Assembly (NCBI RefSeq): GCF_001194135.2
Contig: NC_068982.1
Coordinates: forward strand, 162,774,480-162,811,460
Direction of reading: 5' to 3'
DNA length: 36,981 nt
DNA from: Octopus bimaculoides
Taxonomy: Eukaryota
Made by a program: the position numbers and the translations under genes. Below, piece by piece: positions 10,592 through 22,035 of the stretch. The notes beneath the pieces were generated by a model. The model saw nothing but the letters and a program-made list of their open reading frames with translations, had not been told where the DNA came from and searched no databases. How positions within the stretch are numbered: the stretch's first letter is position 1; the number at the start of each line of letters is the position of its first letter.

Positions 10592-11299
10592 GTAAGGGAT
10601 TTCAGTTATTTTCTTTGATTCAATTACTTTGTTATTGTTTGAACTAATAACCTGTCTAGAATGACCAGTGGTCAAATATAGTTCACCTTATCAACATTTC
10701 CACAGCAGTGAAACCATTTTGTAATGTTTCCTTTCAAATGTGTTTTATCTTATCTTTCAGTGTAACTAGTGGTGGTAATGATAATGGTTCTTGTGATAGT
10801 GGTAATGGTGATGGTCACTGCAGTGGTTGTGATGTTGAAGTAATAGAAGTCTACTATTGCTGCTGCTAGTTGTAATCTAGAAGAGGTTAATACATTGCTA
10901 ACAATATCAGCATGTTGTATGACCTCATAATCATATATATATACACTCACACAGTTACAGTTATATACACACAACTGATTTTTACTCACAGGACTGTCAT
11001 TGGTATCATTCACTGTTCTATATTTCTATTGTTTCAGTCAGTGGAATTTCCAACTACTTCAAACTGAAACAATGCTTGACATTGTGTGTGTGAGGGAGGG
11101 AGAGAGAGAGTGGGGGCTGCATGTGTGATTTATATCTGATAAGATGGGCACAAATTGTGGAGACATTATTCATTTGTTGAGTACATTGTCTGCCACAAAT
11201 TGCAGTGAACAAATATGTGGTATCATAGTCATTTTATTATACATGGGAATGATTATCATTCATAAAATAGGTTGCATTGGGAACAATACAAATTATTTT

Positions 11300-11325
11300 T
11301 ATTACTATTATTATTATTATTATTA

Positions 11326-11372
<47 letters not shown>
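11300..11372. repeat. (TAT)n microsatellite
   Basis: Direct reading. Confidence 0.95.
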
Positions 11373-11375
<3 letters not shown>

Positions 11376-11376
11376 G

Positions 11377-11566
11377 ATTGGGAAAATTGGTAGGACATCA
11401 AACAAAATGCCTACAAAATAGATTTGAAGTTCAAATCCCACTTAAGTCAACTTTACTCTTTATCCTTCTATAGTTGATATAAGTTAAGTACCATCCAAGT
11501 ACTGAGAACCAACTTAATTGATTTTATTTCTCCTCCAAATAATTTGTGGGTCCTTGTCCATAATAG
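11377..11566 (+). mobile_element. Diverged tRNA-derived SINE, family B
   Basis: B-box-like gttcaaatccc, then gtcaacttt.c.tt.atccttc...gataa...gtacca, shared with copies at 21826, 29193, 31108 and 33665. Confidence 0.6.
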
Positions 11567-11596
11567 AACATATTATATATATATAGAGAGAGAGGT

Positions 11597-12003
11597 ACAG
11601 GTGTGGCTGTGTGGTAAGAAGCTTGCTTCCCAACCACATGGTTTCGGGTTCAGTCCCACTGTGTGACACCAAGGACAAGAGTCTTCTACTATAACCTCAG
11701 GTCAACCAAAGCTTTGTGAGTGGATTTGGTAGATGGAAACTGAAAGAAGCCTGTCATATTTATGTATGTGTGTGTGTGTGTGTGTCATTGCATCTGTGTT
11801 TGTCCCCCAGTACTGCTTGACAACCAGTGTTGGTGTGTTTACATCCCCGTGACGTATCAGTTCAGCATAAGATACTGATAGAATAAGTACCAGGCTTAAC
11901 AAAAAAATAAGTACTGGGGTCGATTCATACAACTAAAAATTTTTCAAGGCAACACCCCAACATGGCTGCAGTCTAATGACAAACAAGTAAAAGATAAAAG
12001 ATA
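11597..12003 (+). mobile_element. Near full-length tRNA-derived SINE, family A (octopus OR/OK-like)
   Basis: Head tggctgtgtggtaagaagcttgcttcccaaccacatggtttcgggttcagtcccactg (A/B boxes), internal (TG)n, 3' gatagaataagtacc.ggctt...acaagtaaaaga shared with the 17259 copy. Confidence 0.8.
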
Positions 12004-12219
12004 TACATATATATATAACTCAGTATATTGATGCACTGCTTCTTACAGCAGTAACTCATTTTCCTTAGATTCTTCACTCCCATTAGTCATAATGTCCCTG
12101 TAAAAAGTCAGTACGCATTACCTTTTCTCTGACTAAACTATTAGATAAATGGAGAGATGATGCAGAGACAACGAATGAATGCATATGAATTTGTTATTTA
12201 TTTGTCAATTGTTTTCCAG

Positions 12220-12342
12220 ATCCCTGATCTCACCATTGAAAGCCACAAAGAAGCTTTCATTGATATTGCAGTTGGTGGCTTTGAACTTCCTAATCAACCA
12301 CTTGGACACCTGTGTGTCTGGGCAGTTACAGTTGATGGTCAG
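12220..12342 (+). CDS. TECPR1: TECPR1 coding exon 4
   Basis: ccag|ATC...CAG|gtaatt; IPDLTIESHKEAFIDIAVGGFELPNQPLGHLCVWAVTVDGQ; 41 codons. Confidence 0.93.
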
Positions 12343-12369
12343 GTAATTATATCTCTTTATCTCTTCAAG

Positions 12370-12830
12370 GTCTCAGGAGGTGGTGGTGGCAGCGGCAGTG
12401 GCAGTATTGCCATTGTTGCTACCCCCACCAACAACACAACAGTGTCAGTCATATATACATATTTTCATACACACACATACACACACACATGCACCACATT
12501 TGTAAACATCATCATCATCATCCTTACCATCATAACCTTTGTCCCCATCCCCAACACCACAACCATTCTCATTTTTACTACTACCCCTGTCTCCACTATC
12601 ACCACCACCACCATTATCTCTATAACCATCACCACCTTCCCCACCAATATCACCACCATCCCCACTATTTCCACATCACTATCTCCACCTTCATCTCCAC
12701 ATGTCATCACCACCACCACTACCACCATCATTTCCACCTTCTGCTAATCACCTATCATCATCTTCATCATCATCATCACTACTGTTAAATTCACTACCAT
12801 CACCATCAAAACCACTTCCATTCCCACAAT
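12370..12830. repeat. Degenerate (CAC/CAT)n and (CA)n low-complexity tract in intron 4
   Basis: Source of the His/Thr/Val-rich spurious ORFs. Confidence 0.9.
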
Positions 12831-12873
12831 GACCATCATCATTGTTTTATCTGAATTTTTTCTTGTCCCACAG

Positions 12874-13051
12874 GTATTTGTCCGCAGTGGCGTCACAAGG
12901 GATTGTCCAGAAGGTAAAACCTGGGATCATATCGGCACCAATAGTCAAAGTATTATCAATATTTCCATTGGACCTACAGCTCGTGTCTGGTCTGTCACTT
13001 GGGATGGAACTGCTTATGTTCGACTTGGTGTCTCAAGAGATTCTGTTTATG
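12874..13051 (+). CDS. TECPR1: TECPR1 coding exon 5 (TECPR repeats)
   Basis: cacag|GTA...TATG|gtaaat; VFVRSGVTRDCPEGKTW...ISIGPTARVWSVTWDGTAYVRLGVSRDSVY; 178 nt, ends phase 1. Confidence 0.93.
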
Positions 13052-13479
13052 GTAAATCTACTATAACAATACTCTGGTGTTTTTTTCTGTCACAACATAT
13101 GAATGAGAAAGGAAGGTGGGGGTGATAGATGAATAAGGAAGGAAGGGGTGATTGGCAAACTGGTTGTGAGAGCGTTTCAACTCTGTGTATTTGGTATTTA
13201 CTTGCCAGCTCCCGTATTTAGTCACAGCCAGCTTTATGTGGCCTTAAGTCGTACAAGAATGTAGGAAAACTTAAAAATTCTTTTGAAGGAAACAAGCAGT
13301 CAAGGGATGTTAGTTGCAGATAGATTTTTCATTAAAAATTTGGTAATAAAAGAATTATTAAACTAAAATCTTGGTTTTGTACCTTCTTTATATATAGAAT
13401 ACATTTTTGACGGCATGGGGCCAGCTAGTTATTTATAAATTTCTTGATTTCTTTCCATTATATCAACCATAGCATACAA

Positions 13480-13940
13480 AAAGGAACTCTGTGCCTGCAT
13501 TCTTTGTACTAAGCTTTCTTTGCAACTATGAAATTTCATTTTGTGGCACCTTTGGCAAGTGTCTTCTACAGTAATCAAGTCTTGTATGTGAAATTTGGTA
13601 GAAGGGAACCCCATGGAAACCCATCGAGGGATCATTTCTATTTTACAGTGGCAGTGTTAAATCATCACCTAATTTACATCACCATCTACCTTGTGGATAC
13701 CTTTAGCAGAACTCACTCTGTTGTAAGTATTCAGGCAAGATCTTTGGTCCGAAGAACACTTCCATCCTTTCCACTAGTGTCAGAGGCCCTGCAAAGAGAG
13801 GGAGAGCATACATACGTTCTTTTTTCAGTTTCAATTTATCAAATCTATTCACAAGGCTTTGGGGCTATTGCAGAAGACATTTGCCGAAGGTGCCATGTAG
13901 TCAGACTGAACCCAAAAACCATGTGGTTGGGAAGCAAATT
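13480..13940 (-). mobile_element. Two decayed family-A SINE heads (about 13480-13630 and 13800-13940)
   Basis: Reverse-complement matches to the 11597 SINE head (ggcaagtgtcttct, ctgaaccc, aaccatgtggttgggaagcaa). Confidence 0.65.
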
Positions 13941-13972
13941 TCTTACCATATATAAATATATATATATATATA

Positions 13973-14117
13973 TCATCATCATCATCATCGTTTAACATCC
14001 GCTTTCATGGGTTGGATGATTTGACTGAGGACTGGCAAGCCAGAAGGCTGCACCAGGCTCCAATCTGATCTGGCAGAGTTTCTACAGCTGGATGCCCTTC
14101 CTAATGCCAACCACTCC
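13973..14117 (-). mobile_element. RTE-type 3' tail copy
   Basis: (cat)n-cgtttaacatccgcttt...ctggatgcccttcctaatgccaaccactcc. Confidence 0.85.
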
Positions 14118-15167
14118 GGGTTGGCAAGAAAGTAATTTCAGTTTTTTTAGTGTGAAATAAAAGTCATTTTTTCATACAAAGATTGAACTTTAATCCATTA
14201 TATATATATTTCCGTTTTGTTCGATGACCTTTTGCCATCTTTACGGTAACTTCATGATTCTACACTCAGAGAACTTCTGGTCCTTAATGGCCCAAAACTG
14301 AAGCAAGTGTGATTTCAGGTCACCATTATTGAAAGTTCCTCCAGTTTCATTCGTTGTTGACAGTAAATATCTGAACTGATCATTTGGTTCCTTGGAAGCA
14401 GCTCAAAATACACAATACCTTTGTAATCCTACCAAATTGACAGCATGACCATTTTTTGATGCAATTCAGCTTTTGATGTAGTTTGTTTTGGTTTATTACG
14501 CTTGGACCATGGTCGTTTTCGATTGATGTTACTGTAGACAATCCATTTTTCATCACCAGTGATGATTCATTTCAAAAAATGGTCGATTTCATTGCGTTTG
14601 AGATGCATATCGCAAATATTGATTCGTTGTGTTAAGTGAATCTCTTACAATTTATATGGAACCCAAATATTGAGCTTCTTAATATGTCCAAGACATTATA
14701 AGTGATTTTCAATTGTTGTGTGTGATATATTTCACCTCTCTGCAATCTCTCACACAGTTATATGACAATCAGATTAAATTATGGCTTCGATTCGGTCATT
14801 ATTAACTTCTGTAGGTCGACCAGAACATTGATCATCTTTGAGTGAAATATCTCCGGAACGGAATTTTTTAAACCATTTCTGACATGTGTGTTCTGTTAAG
14901 CAATCAACACCATAAATTTCATATATCTCTTTGTGAGCCTCAGCAGCTTTTTTGCCTTTACAGAAATGAAAAAGCAAAATATGGTGGAAATATTCGTTTT
15001 TGCACTCCATGTTAAAATTGACACTGAACTAACGGCTGTAAACAAAATTATGCGCAATTTGCTTCTAAAGTAAACTAAAAGTAATGGCTATCAAACGTCA
15101 AAAGGAAAAAATCATAACATCAACGAAGGTCATTAAAAAAAAAAAACGTAACTCTATCTATTTGTGA
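14118..15167 (-). mobile_element. Internally deleted mariner transposon relic
   Basis: MECKNEYFHHILLF...CQKWFKKFRSGDISLKDDQCSGRP (HTH), IWVPYKL, IITGDEKW (first catalytic D), then a jump to the C-terminal ..RWQKVIEQNG. TIR-like gggttggcaagaaagtaat at 14118; other end runs into a gap. Confidence 0.88.
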
Positions 15168-15914
15168 NNNNNNNNNNNNNNNNNNNNNNNNNNNNNNNNN
15201 NNNNNNNNNNNNNNNNNNNNNNNNNNNNNNNNNNNNNNNNNNNNNNNNATATATATATATATAATTATACTTTTTTAATAAAGCTGCAAAGACATCACAA
15301 AAACTGTTACTCAGAGTTTCACATTCCCATTCGTCAGACTGTTTTGGTATATATGATTATATATGAACACACAAACACACACACACATAATCATATGTAT
15401 GTATGTATATATATATATAGGACAGAATAGAGGTACGACTGGGTAGTTAAGAAGATTGTTTCACAACCATGTAGTCCTGAGCTCATACCCACTGGATGTC
15501 ATCTTCAGAAAATGTCTTTTACTGTGACCTCTGGTCAGCTGAAGCATTGTGAGTACAATTAGATGGATGAGAAATGTGTAGAAACTTCTCAGATGGACTG
15601 TATCTGTTATTCAAGTATTTAGTGTGTATATATCTGTGGGTTACTCAACCACTTCACATGCTTATTCAATCTGTATGTTGTTCAGCTGATTGAATAATGG
15701 GATAAATGGCAGAGAATATGTGTGAGGATTTGTGTATTTGTGTGACTCATTGAGGTATATGTTACAAACTAGGACATTTTAACAGTTTTTTTTTTTTCCC
15801 TTTTTTCTTTTAAATTTAGATATTTACAAAAAGAGAGGATGGCCCACCGATATTCCAGCAACTTGATACAATTCGTTTGCTACTCTTATACATATGTATA
15901 TATTGTGTGTGCAT

Positions 15915-16240
15915 GCATAGTGAAAGAGTGTGGCTAAGCAGTTAGGGTATTCAGCTCACAATCATAAAGCTATGAGTTCAATTCCTGGTGATGTGTTGTG
16001 TCCTTGAGCAAGACATTTTATTTCATGTTTTTCCAGTCCACTCATCTGGCAAAAATATGTAGTACCTGTATGTCAAAGGGCTATCCTTGTCACACTTTGT
16101 GTCATTCTGAATCTCCCTGAGAACTACATTAAGGGTACGTGTGTCTGTAGAGTGCTCAGCCACTTGCATGTTAACTTTACAAGCTGGCTGTTCCATTGAT
16201 CAACTGGAATCCTCATTATTGTAACTGACAATGCCAGTGT
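15915..16240 (+). mobile_element. tRNA-derived SINE, family C
   Basis: Head gtggctaagcagttaggg...gagttcaattcctgg followed by gtgtccttgagcaagaca (CORE-like); not coding. Confidence 0.6.
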
Positions 16241-16243
16241 ATG

Positions 16244-16282
<39 letters not shown>

Positions 16283-17258
16283 NNNNNNNNNNNNNNNNNN
16301 NNNNNNNNNNNNNNNNNNNNNNNNNNNNNNNNNNNNNNNNNNNNNNNNNNNNNNNNNNNNNNNNNNNNNNNNNNNNNNNNNNNNNNNNNNNNNNNNNNNN
16401 NNNNNNNNNNNNNNNNNNNNNNNNNNNNNNNNNNNNNNNNNNNNNNNNNNNNNNNNNNNNNNNNNNNNNNNNNNNNNNNNNNNNNNNNNNNNNNNNNNNN
16501 NNNNNNNNNNNNNNNNNNNNNNNNNNNNNNNNNNNNNNNNNNNNNNNNNNNNNNNNNNNNNNNNNNNNNNNNNNNNNNNNNNNNNNNNNNNNNNNNNNNN
16601 NNNNNNNNNNNNNNNNNNNNNNNNNNNNNNNNNNNNNNNNNNNNNNNNNNNNNNNNNNNNNNNNNNNNNNNNNNNNNNNNNNNNNNNNNNNNNNNNNNNN
16701 NNNNNNNNNNNNNNNNNNNNNNNNNNNNNNNNNNNNNNNNNNNNNNNNNNNNNNNNNNNNNNNNNNNNNNNNNNNNNNNNNNNNNNNNNNNNNNNNNNNN
16801 NNNNNNNNNNNNNNNNNNNNNNNNNNNNNNNNNNNNNNNNNNNNNNNNNNNNNNNNNNNNNNNNNNNNNNNNNNNNNNNNNNNNNNNNNNNNNNNNNNNN
16901 NNNNNNNNNNNNNNNNNNNNNNNNNNNNNNNNNNNNNNNNNNNNNNNNNNNNNNNNNNNNNNNNNNNNNNNNNNNNNNNNNNNNNNNNNNNNNNNNNNNN
17001 NNNNNNNNNNNNNNNNNNNNNNNNNNNNNNNNNNNNNNNNNNNNNNNNNNNNNNNNNNNNNNNNNNNNNNNNNNNNNNNNNNNNNNNNNNNNNNNNNNNN
17101 NNNNNNNNNNNNNNNNNNNNNNNNNNNNNNNNNNNNNNNNNNNNNNNNNNNNNNNNNNNNNNNNNNNNNNNNNNNNNNNNNNNNNNNNNNNNNNNNNNNN
17201 NNNNNNNNNNNNNNNNNNNNNNNNNNNNNNNNNNNNNNNNNNNNNNNNNNNNNNNNNN
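16283..17258. other. Assembly gap (others: 1416-1529, 15168-15248, 18400-18409, 25465-26068)
   Basis: N runs. Confidence 1.
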
Positions 17259-17393
17259 ACTTAGCGGTTCGGCAAAATAGACCGATAGAATAAGTACTAG
17301 GCTTACAAAGAATAAGTCCCGGGGTCGATTTGCTCAACTAAAAGGCAGTGCTCCAGCATGGCCGCAGTCAAATGACTGAAACAAGTAAAAGAG
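17259..17393 (+). mobile_element. 3' half of a young family-A SINE (5' half probably in the gap), followed by (TATG)n
   Basis: acttagcggttcggcaaaa...ggggtcgatttgctc...gactgaaacaagtaaaagagt; CpG-rich. Confidence 0.8.
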
Positions 17394-18475
17394 TATATAT
17401 ATATATGTATATGTATGTGTATATGTATGTATGTATATATGTATGTGTATATGTATGTATATATGTATATATGTATGTATATATGTATATATATATATGT
17501 ATGTATGTATATATATGCATGTATGTATATATATGCATGTATGTATATATATATGCATGTATATATGTATGTACCTGTATCCTGTCCTATGTATACATAC
17601 ATATGAACACACACACACACACACACTGTTTTTTTATTCTCTCTCTGTTTATTTCCTCATGTTCTTTTCTGTTGAAGAGCCTAGGCTCGAAGCATAAAAG
17701 ACTTTCTTACCTTCCCGAGTGTCAAACTAATACACCTGCTTGTTGTTTATACACATGTCTCCGTCTTTTGTTTTTCTGTAAATTTCAACTATATATATAT
17801 ATGTTTGTATATAATCATATGTATGCACTTGTATATAATCATATATATGTACTCTGACACTTCACCATCTCTCTCCTACTCTCTCTTATACTTTTGCTGT
17901 TTCCTGCTCTTTCTGTCTCTCTTTCCTTTGATCTTCCTTCTGGCTGGGTAGCCATGTATTTCCTGTACAGCAGCACCTATTTCTGTCTTCATTCTTGCTC
18001 ACTTTCTCTCTCTCCTTCTCTTGTTTTTCCTCTGACTAGGTTACCAAGTATCTCCTTTACATCAGCACACCTGTTTCTGTCTTCTTTCTTGTTTCTCCCT
18101 CTCTCTCTTGCTCTCTCCCGCTCTCTCTCTCCCCTCTCTCGCTCTCTTTGTAACCATGTACCTCCTCTATAGTAAGACACCTATTTCTGCCTCTCTATTT
18201 CTCTGTCACACTCTAACCTTTCATCAAATGATACTGGATTACCCCCTCCAATGCTCCCTCCGTTATAGCAAGACACCTGTTTCTCCTCTCTGTCTCTCTG
18301 TCACACTCTAACGTTTCATCCTCTGACACAAGTTCCCCTCCTCAAACGCCCCTGCCCCTCTCATAATTCCTTGTCTTGTGAGTTACTTGGTGACCCTGCN
18401 NNNNNNNNNCCCCTCCTCAAACGCCCCTGCCCCTCTCATAATTCCTTGTCTTGTGAGTTACTTGGTGACCCTGCC

Positions 18476-18770
18476 AGTGCTTCTACCAGGTAAACAGCAT
18501 CCAATCCACACTAAAGTGGTTGGCATTTGGAAGGGCATCCAGCTGTAAAAGTCATGCCAAAAATAACCTCACCTGTGTTAGTGTCACATAAAAAGCACTG
18601 AGTCCACTCCACAAAGTGGTTGGTGTCAGGAAGGACATCCAGCCGTAAAATCCCTGCCAAAACAGACACAGTAGCCTTGGCTAGTTTTGTACCTGGCTGG
18701 CTCCTGTCAACCATCCTACCCATGCATGCATGGGAGACAGATGTCAAACGATGATGATGATGATGATGAT
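18476..18770 (+). mobile_element. Diverged RTE-tail-bearing element with internal duplication
   Basis: Two copies of aaagtggttgg...ggaagg.catccagc.gtaaaa, then caaacgatgatgatgat. Confidence 0.75.
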
Positions 18771-18778
18771 TATGTATG

Positions 18779-18840
<62 letters not shown>

Positions 18841-19113
18841 GCATATCCTTAGTATAGTAGATTTTCTTCCTTATTTTAAACTTTACAGTTTCAGTTTGTT
18901 ATATGCACACTTCTCTGTCAATCTGCCTTTCTGAGTGTTTTGTTAGTCTACTTCTCTGTTTGTTTGTTTCTCCTCTCCCACAGCACCAATGTTTTCTGAT
19001 TTTGTATTGTTCTCTAATAAACTCTTTTATCTGTCTTTCTATATTTGTTCATCTCTTGTCTCTCTTCTTATCTCTCCCCACTACTCTCTAATCCTTTGTC
19101 ATGTATTCTTCAG

Positions 19114-19214
19114 GAACCCAGTGGATTGAGGTTAGTCCTCCCTCAGCTTCAGCCAAATTGATGCAAGTTGCTGTTGGTAAAGACACAGTGTGGGCCCTCA
19201 GTAGGGACGGACAG
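19114..19214 (+). CDS. TECPR1: TECPR1 coding exon 6 (TECPR repeat)
   Basis: ttcag|GA...CAG|gtaaga; (G)TQWIEVSPPSASAKLMQVAVGKDTVWALSRDGQ; 101 nt, phase 1 to 0. Confidence 0.93.
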
Positions 19215-19611
19215 GTAAGAATCTATTTTATTCTCATGCAGAGGTATTATGTATATTGGCTCAATGAGATTAGAACAGTAATTGGTTACGAGTATTTATC
19301 ACTCTTCACTCTTAATTAGATATCTTGTCTGATCTGTATTTTCTCTTGAGACTACCTGTCTAATCAACTGTAAATATTTTAAGCACTTATAATAAAAACA
19401 CATTATTGTCAGCAAAGTTCATCTTGAGAATTGTGCCTCTACCTTCCTTTGGTCAGAAAGGGCAGGCAGTTTTCCTTTATCAGGTGGTTATGGTGAAAGA
19501 GGTTGTATAGTGATCAAGACTGAAAAGAATGAAGATAGTCTTTCCTTTATAGTCAAATCGAAAGGTGGATGAGAGTGATGAGTATGATAGGAGTGAAAGT
19601 CACTACCATGT

Positions 19612-20447
19612 GAATGTTTATTAAAATACATTTTATTTTCAAAATTTAATAGAATCTACAGACATTATTTTATTGTTTTGTCAACGCCTGTTTTCAAACT
19701 GATGTCCTTTCTGGTCCAGGCACTACTGACAATGCAAAGTAATGGAATCGCAAACATCACGAAAGAGTTCGTTTGGTATTTGTGTGCATTCTCATTCAAT
19801 GGCTGCACTCAAATCAGCGACTGTCACAAGTTTCATAGTGTAGACTTTGTCTTTTAGGTATCCCCATAAAAAAAATTCTGGTGAACGTGGAGGGTATTCA
19901 ACAAAACCCCTTTGTCCAATCCACCATTTTGGCAGGATCTCATCAAGGAAGGATCTAACATAGTGATGGTAGTGTGGGGGTGCCCCGTCTTGCTGAAAAT
20001 AAAACTCCTCATCTTCAAAGTCTTCTCTAATGTGTTGGACAGACAATTTTGGAATAACTACTTTATGACTCGCATGCTGCACAGATTTTCTTGGACTTTG
20101 GTGATACGTTTCAAGCACTCCTTCTTGCTTTGTGGGGGCTGTTGATGTTCGTGGTCTTCTGGAATGCTTCTCGTGAACATTCTGAAATGTTCCGTCAGCT
20201 TCAAACTTATCTCTAATTTGAGTGGTGGTAAGTTGCATTGGTGGATCTGTTTAAAACTCCCTCCTAAACTGTCTTTGCAGTTCAACTGTGTTTTCACACT
20301 CTCAGTAGCATTTTAGAATGAATTTCCTTTGTTCAAAGCTTAGTCTGACTGCCATCATTAATTCCAATGGGTTTCATCTGAAAAGAAAAAACATCAGTTG
20401 GGTTATCAGCTGCTAAAGTGTGTATACATTTTTGTGGGGAGACCCTG
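19612..20447 (-). mobile_element. Tc1/mariner (maT/DD37D-like) internally deleted relic
   Basis: One TIR cagggtctccccacaaaaatgtatacac ending at 20447 with TA at 20448. MAVRLSFEQRKFILKCY... HTH joined to FYFQQDGAPPH...WIGQRGFVEYPPRSPEFFLWGYLKDKVY; left TIR not recognisable. Confidence 0.88.
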
Positions 20448-20509
<62 letters not shown>

Positions 20510-20798
20510 TATAGTCACGCGCGCACGCACACACACTCACACACACACGCATGCGCACATGCATGCATACACACACATATATATCAATACCAAATGCTAT
20601 GTCGACATAATTTCAATTCTAAATTTGAACAATTTTACTGTACATATACTTCTAATACTATTGAGAGAACCATGAACAATACAATTCCTATTCTCCTTCA
20701 TACTACAGGGTGTTTGTTCTTTTCTCAAAAGTAGCTAATAAATACATCTGTACATAAATAATCATTATTTAGCACATACTGACTGCTCTGTGTTTCAG

Positions 20799-20921
20799 GT
20801 ATGGTTCCGCAAGGGAATAAGGGAAAGTGATGTTGAAAACGACTTATCTGCTGTCACTGGAACAATTTGGGTAGAGATGGTTGGTCTTATGTCAGTAATA
20901 TCTGTTGGACCAAATGATCAG
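20799..20921 (+). CDS. TECPR1: TECPR1 coding exon 7 (TECPR repeat)
   Basis: ttcag|GTA...CAG|gtaaac; VWFRKGIRESDVENDLSAVTGTIWVEMVGLMSVISVGPNDQ (human WIEMVGEMTMVNVGMNDQ); 41 codons. Absent from the ORF track. Confidence 0.94.
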
Positions 20922-21124
20922 GTAAACCACAGATTTTATACCTAACATTACTTCTGACTTTTATCAACAAATACTAATAGTTAATGTATTTCAACTAACA
21001 ATTTCAAAATGTAATTCACTGTTGAAAATGTCATTTCATGTTCTTCAATAAGGAAGGGTTGTTTTGTTTCTTTTATTATTATCTTCTATAGAAAAGGATA
21101 AAAATGTGTCCTTGATCTTTTCAG

Positions 21125-21430
21125 ATTTTCCCAGACAAAAGACATCTATACAAATGACGTTCAACTTCAATTTCTGTAGATTGATGTCTGTAGTGAAAGT
21201 GTGGGTAGCAGAGTAAATATAGACGACTGCATGTCCAGGAAGCAATAAATATGGGAAATGTTTGGTGTAGGGTGAGACAGTAGGAGTGGTAACATGAGAA
21301 GAGGGGAGGGTTACATCTTGTGGGTTGGATAGCTTTTGAGTTTGGAAGAGCAGAAGCCACTATAATGGTAGAAGAAACAGAATATCTGTGAACCAGAAGT
21401 GAATGAACTTTACAGTGATACCTTCTATGA
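21125..21430 (-). mobile_element. Decayed CR1/L2-like LINE 3' coding end
   Basis: YRRYHCKVHSLL... and ...HTFTTDINLQKLKLNV resemble CR1-type C-termini (YRYYxGxCS ... LWNSLP..F...NLxxFKxxV); frameshifted. Confidence 0.5.
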
Positions 21431-21825
21431 TATGTGTGTAACAACTACTGCCCCAGGGGCTTACACTTGTATATTGATTAAAATTAATATAAGAAAACTG
21501 ATTTTATTTTAAATTCTCAAATAGTTGTTTTTGTTCAAAATCGAAACTATCTATTTTCTGATTAGTCAGCATGACTATTTTCTGATAATCTAGCATGACA
21601 CTCAACTCTGCATTTTATCTCCCATTATAAAAAGTTAAAACACCGTCTTTATATCATTTGTTCTGAAATAGCTATTCTCTCTGTATCTTCAATAATTATT
21701 TATGACCTTTCCAGTGTTCACTGAAGAAATAAGGTAGTGTAATCAAGCCACTCCATTTGTTGTTCATACAACACATGTACAAATTCTGCTTCAGGCATTA
21801 ATATATTGGACTTCATAAGGACATA

Positions 21826-22035
21826 GAATTGACAAAGTTGTTAGAGTATCCAATAAAATGCCTTGAAGTATTTCTTCTTGCTCTTTACATTCTGAGTTCA
21901 AATCCTGTCATGGTCAACTTTGCCTTTCCTCCTTCTGAGGTCAATAAAATAAAGTCCCAGTTAAGTATTTGATTTATGGTATTGAGTAATCCACTTACTT
22001 CAAAATTTCTAGTGTTGTGCCTAAATTACAAACAT
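21826..22035 (+). mobile_element. Family-B SINE
   Basis: ctgagttcaaatcc...ggtcaactttgcctttcctccttctgaggtcaataaaataa. Confidence 0.65.

Noticed and set aside
11597-11670. tRNA gene
   Set aside because: A/B-box-like head continues into a SINE body found many times in the window; no convincing cloverleaf.
12157-12788. His-, Thr- and Val-rich ORFs
   Set aside because: Translations of (CAC/CAT)n repeats; only 12220-12342 is a real exon.
16216-17337. Long ORFs of 220-370 aa here and at 25199-26198
   Set aside because: Artefacts of N runs translated as X.
17303-17697. YI/MYV-rich ORFs (also at 3869-4146, 20333-20734, 34885-35106)
   Set aside because: Translations of (TA)n, (TATG)n and (CA)n microsatellites.
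18335-18474. Perfect 65-bp direct repeat
   Set aside because: The two copies flank a 10-N gap, typical of unmerged overlapping contig ends.
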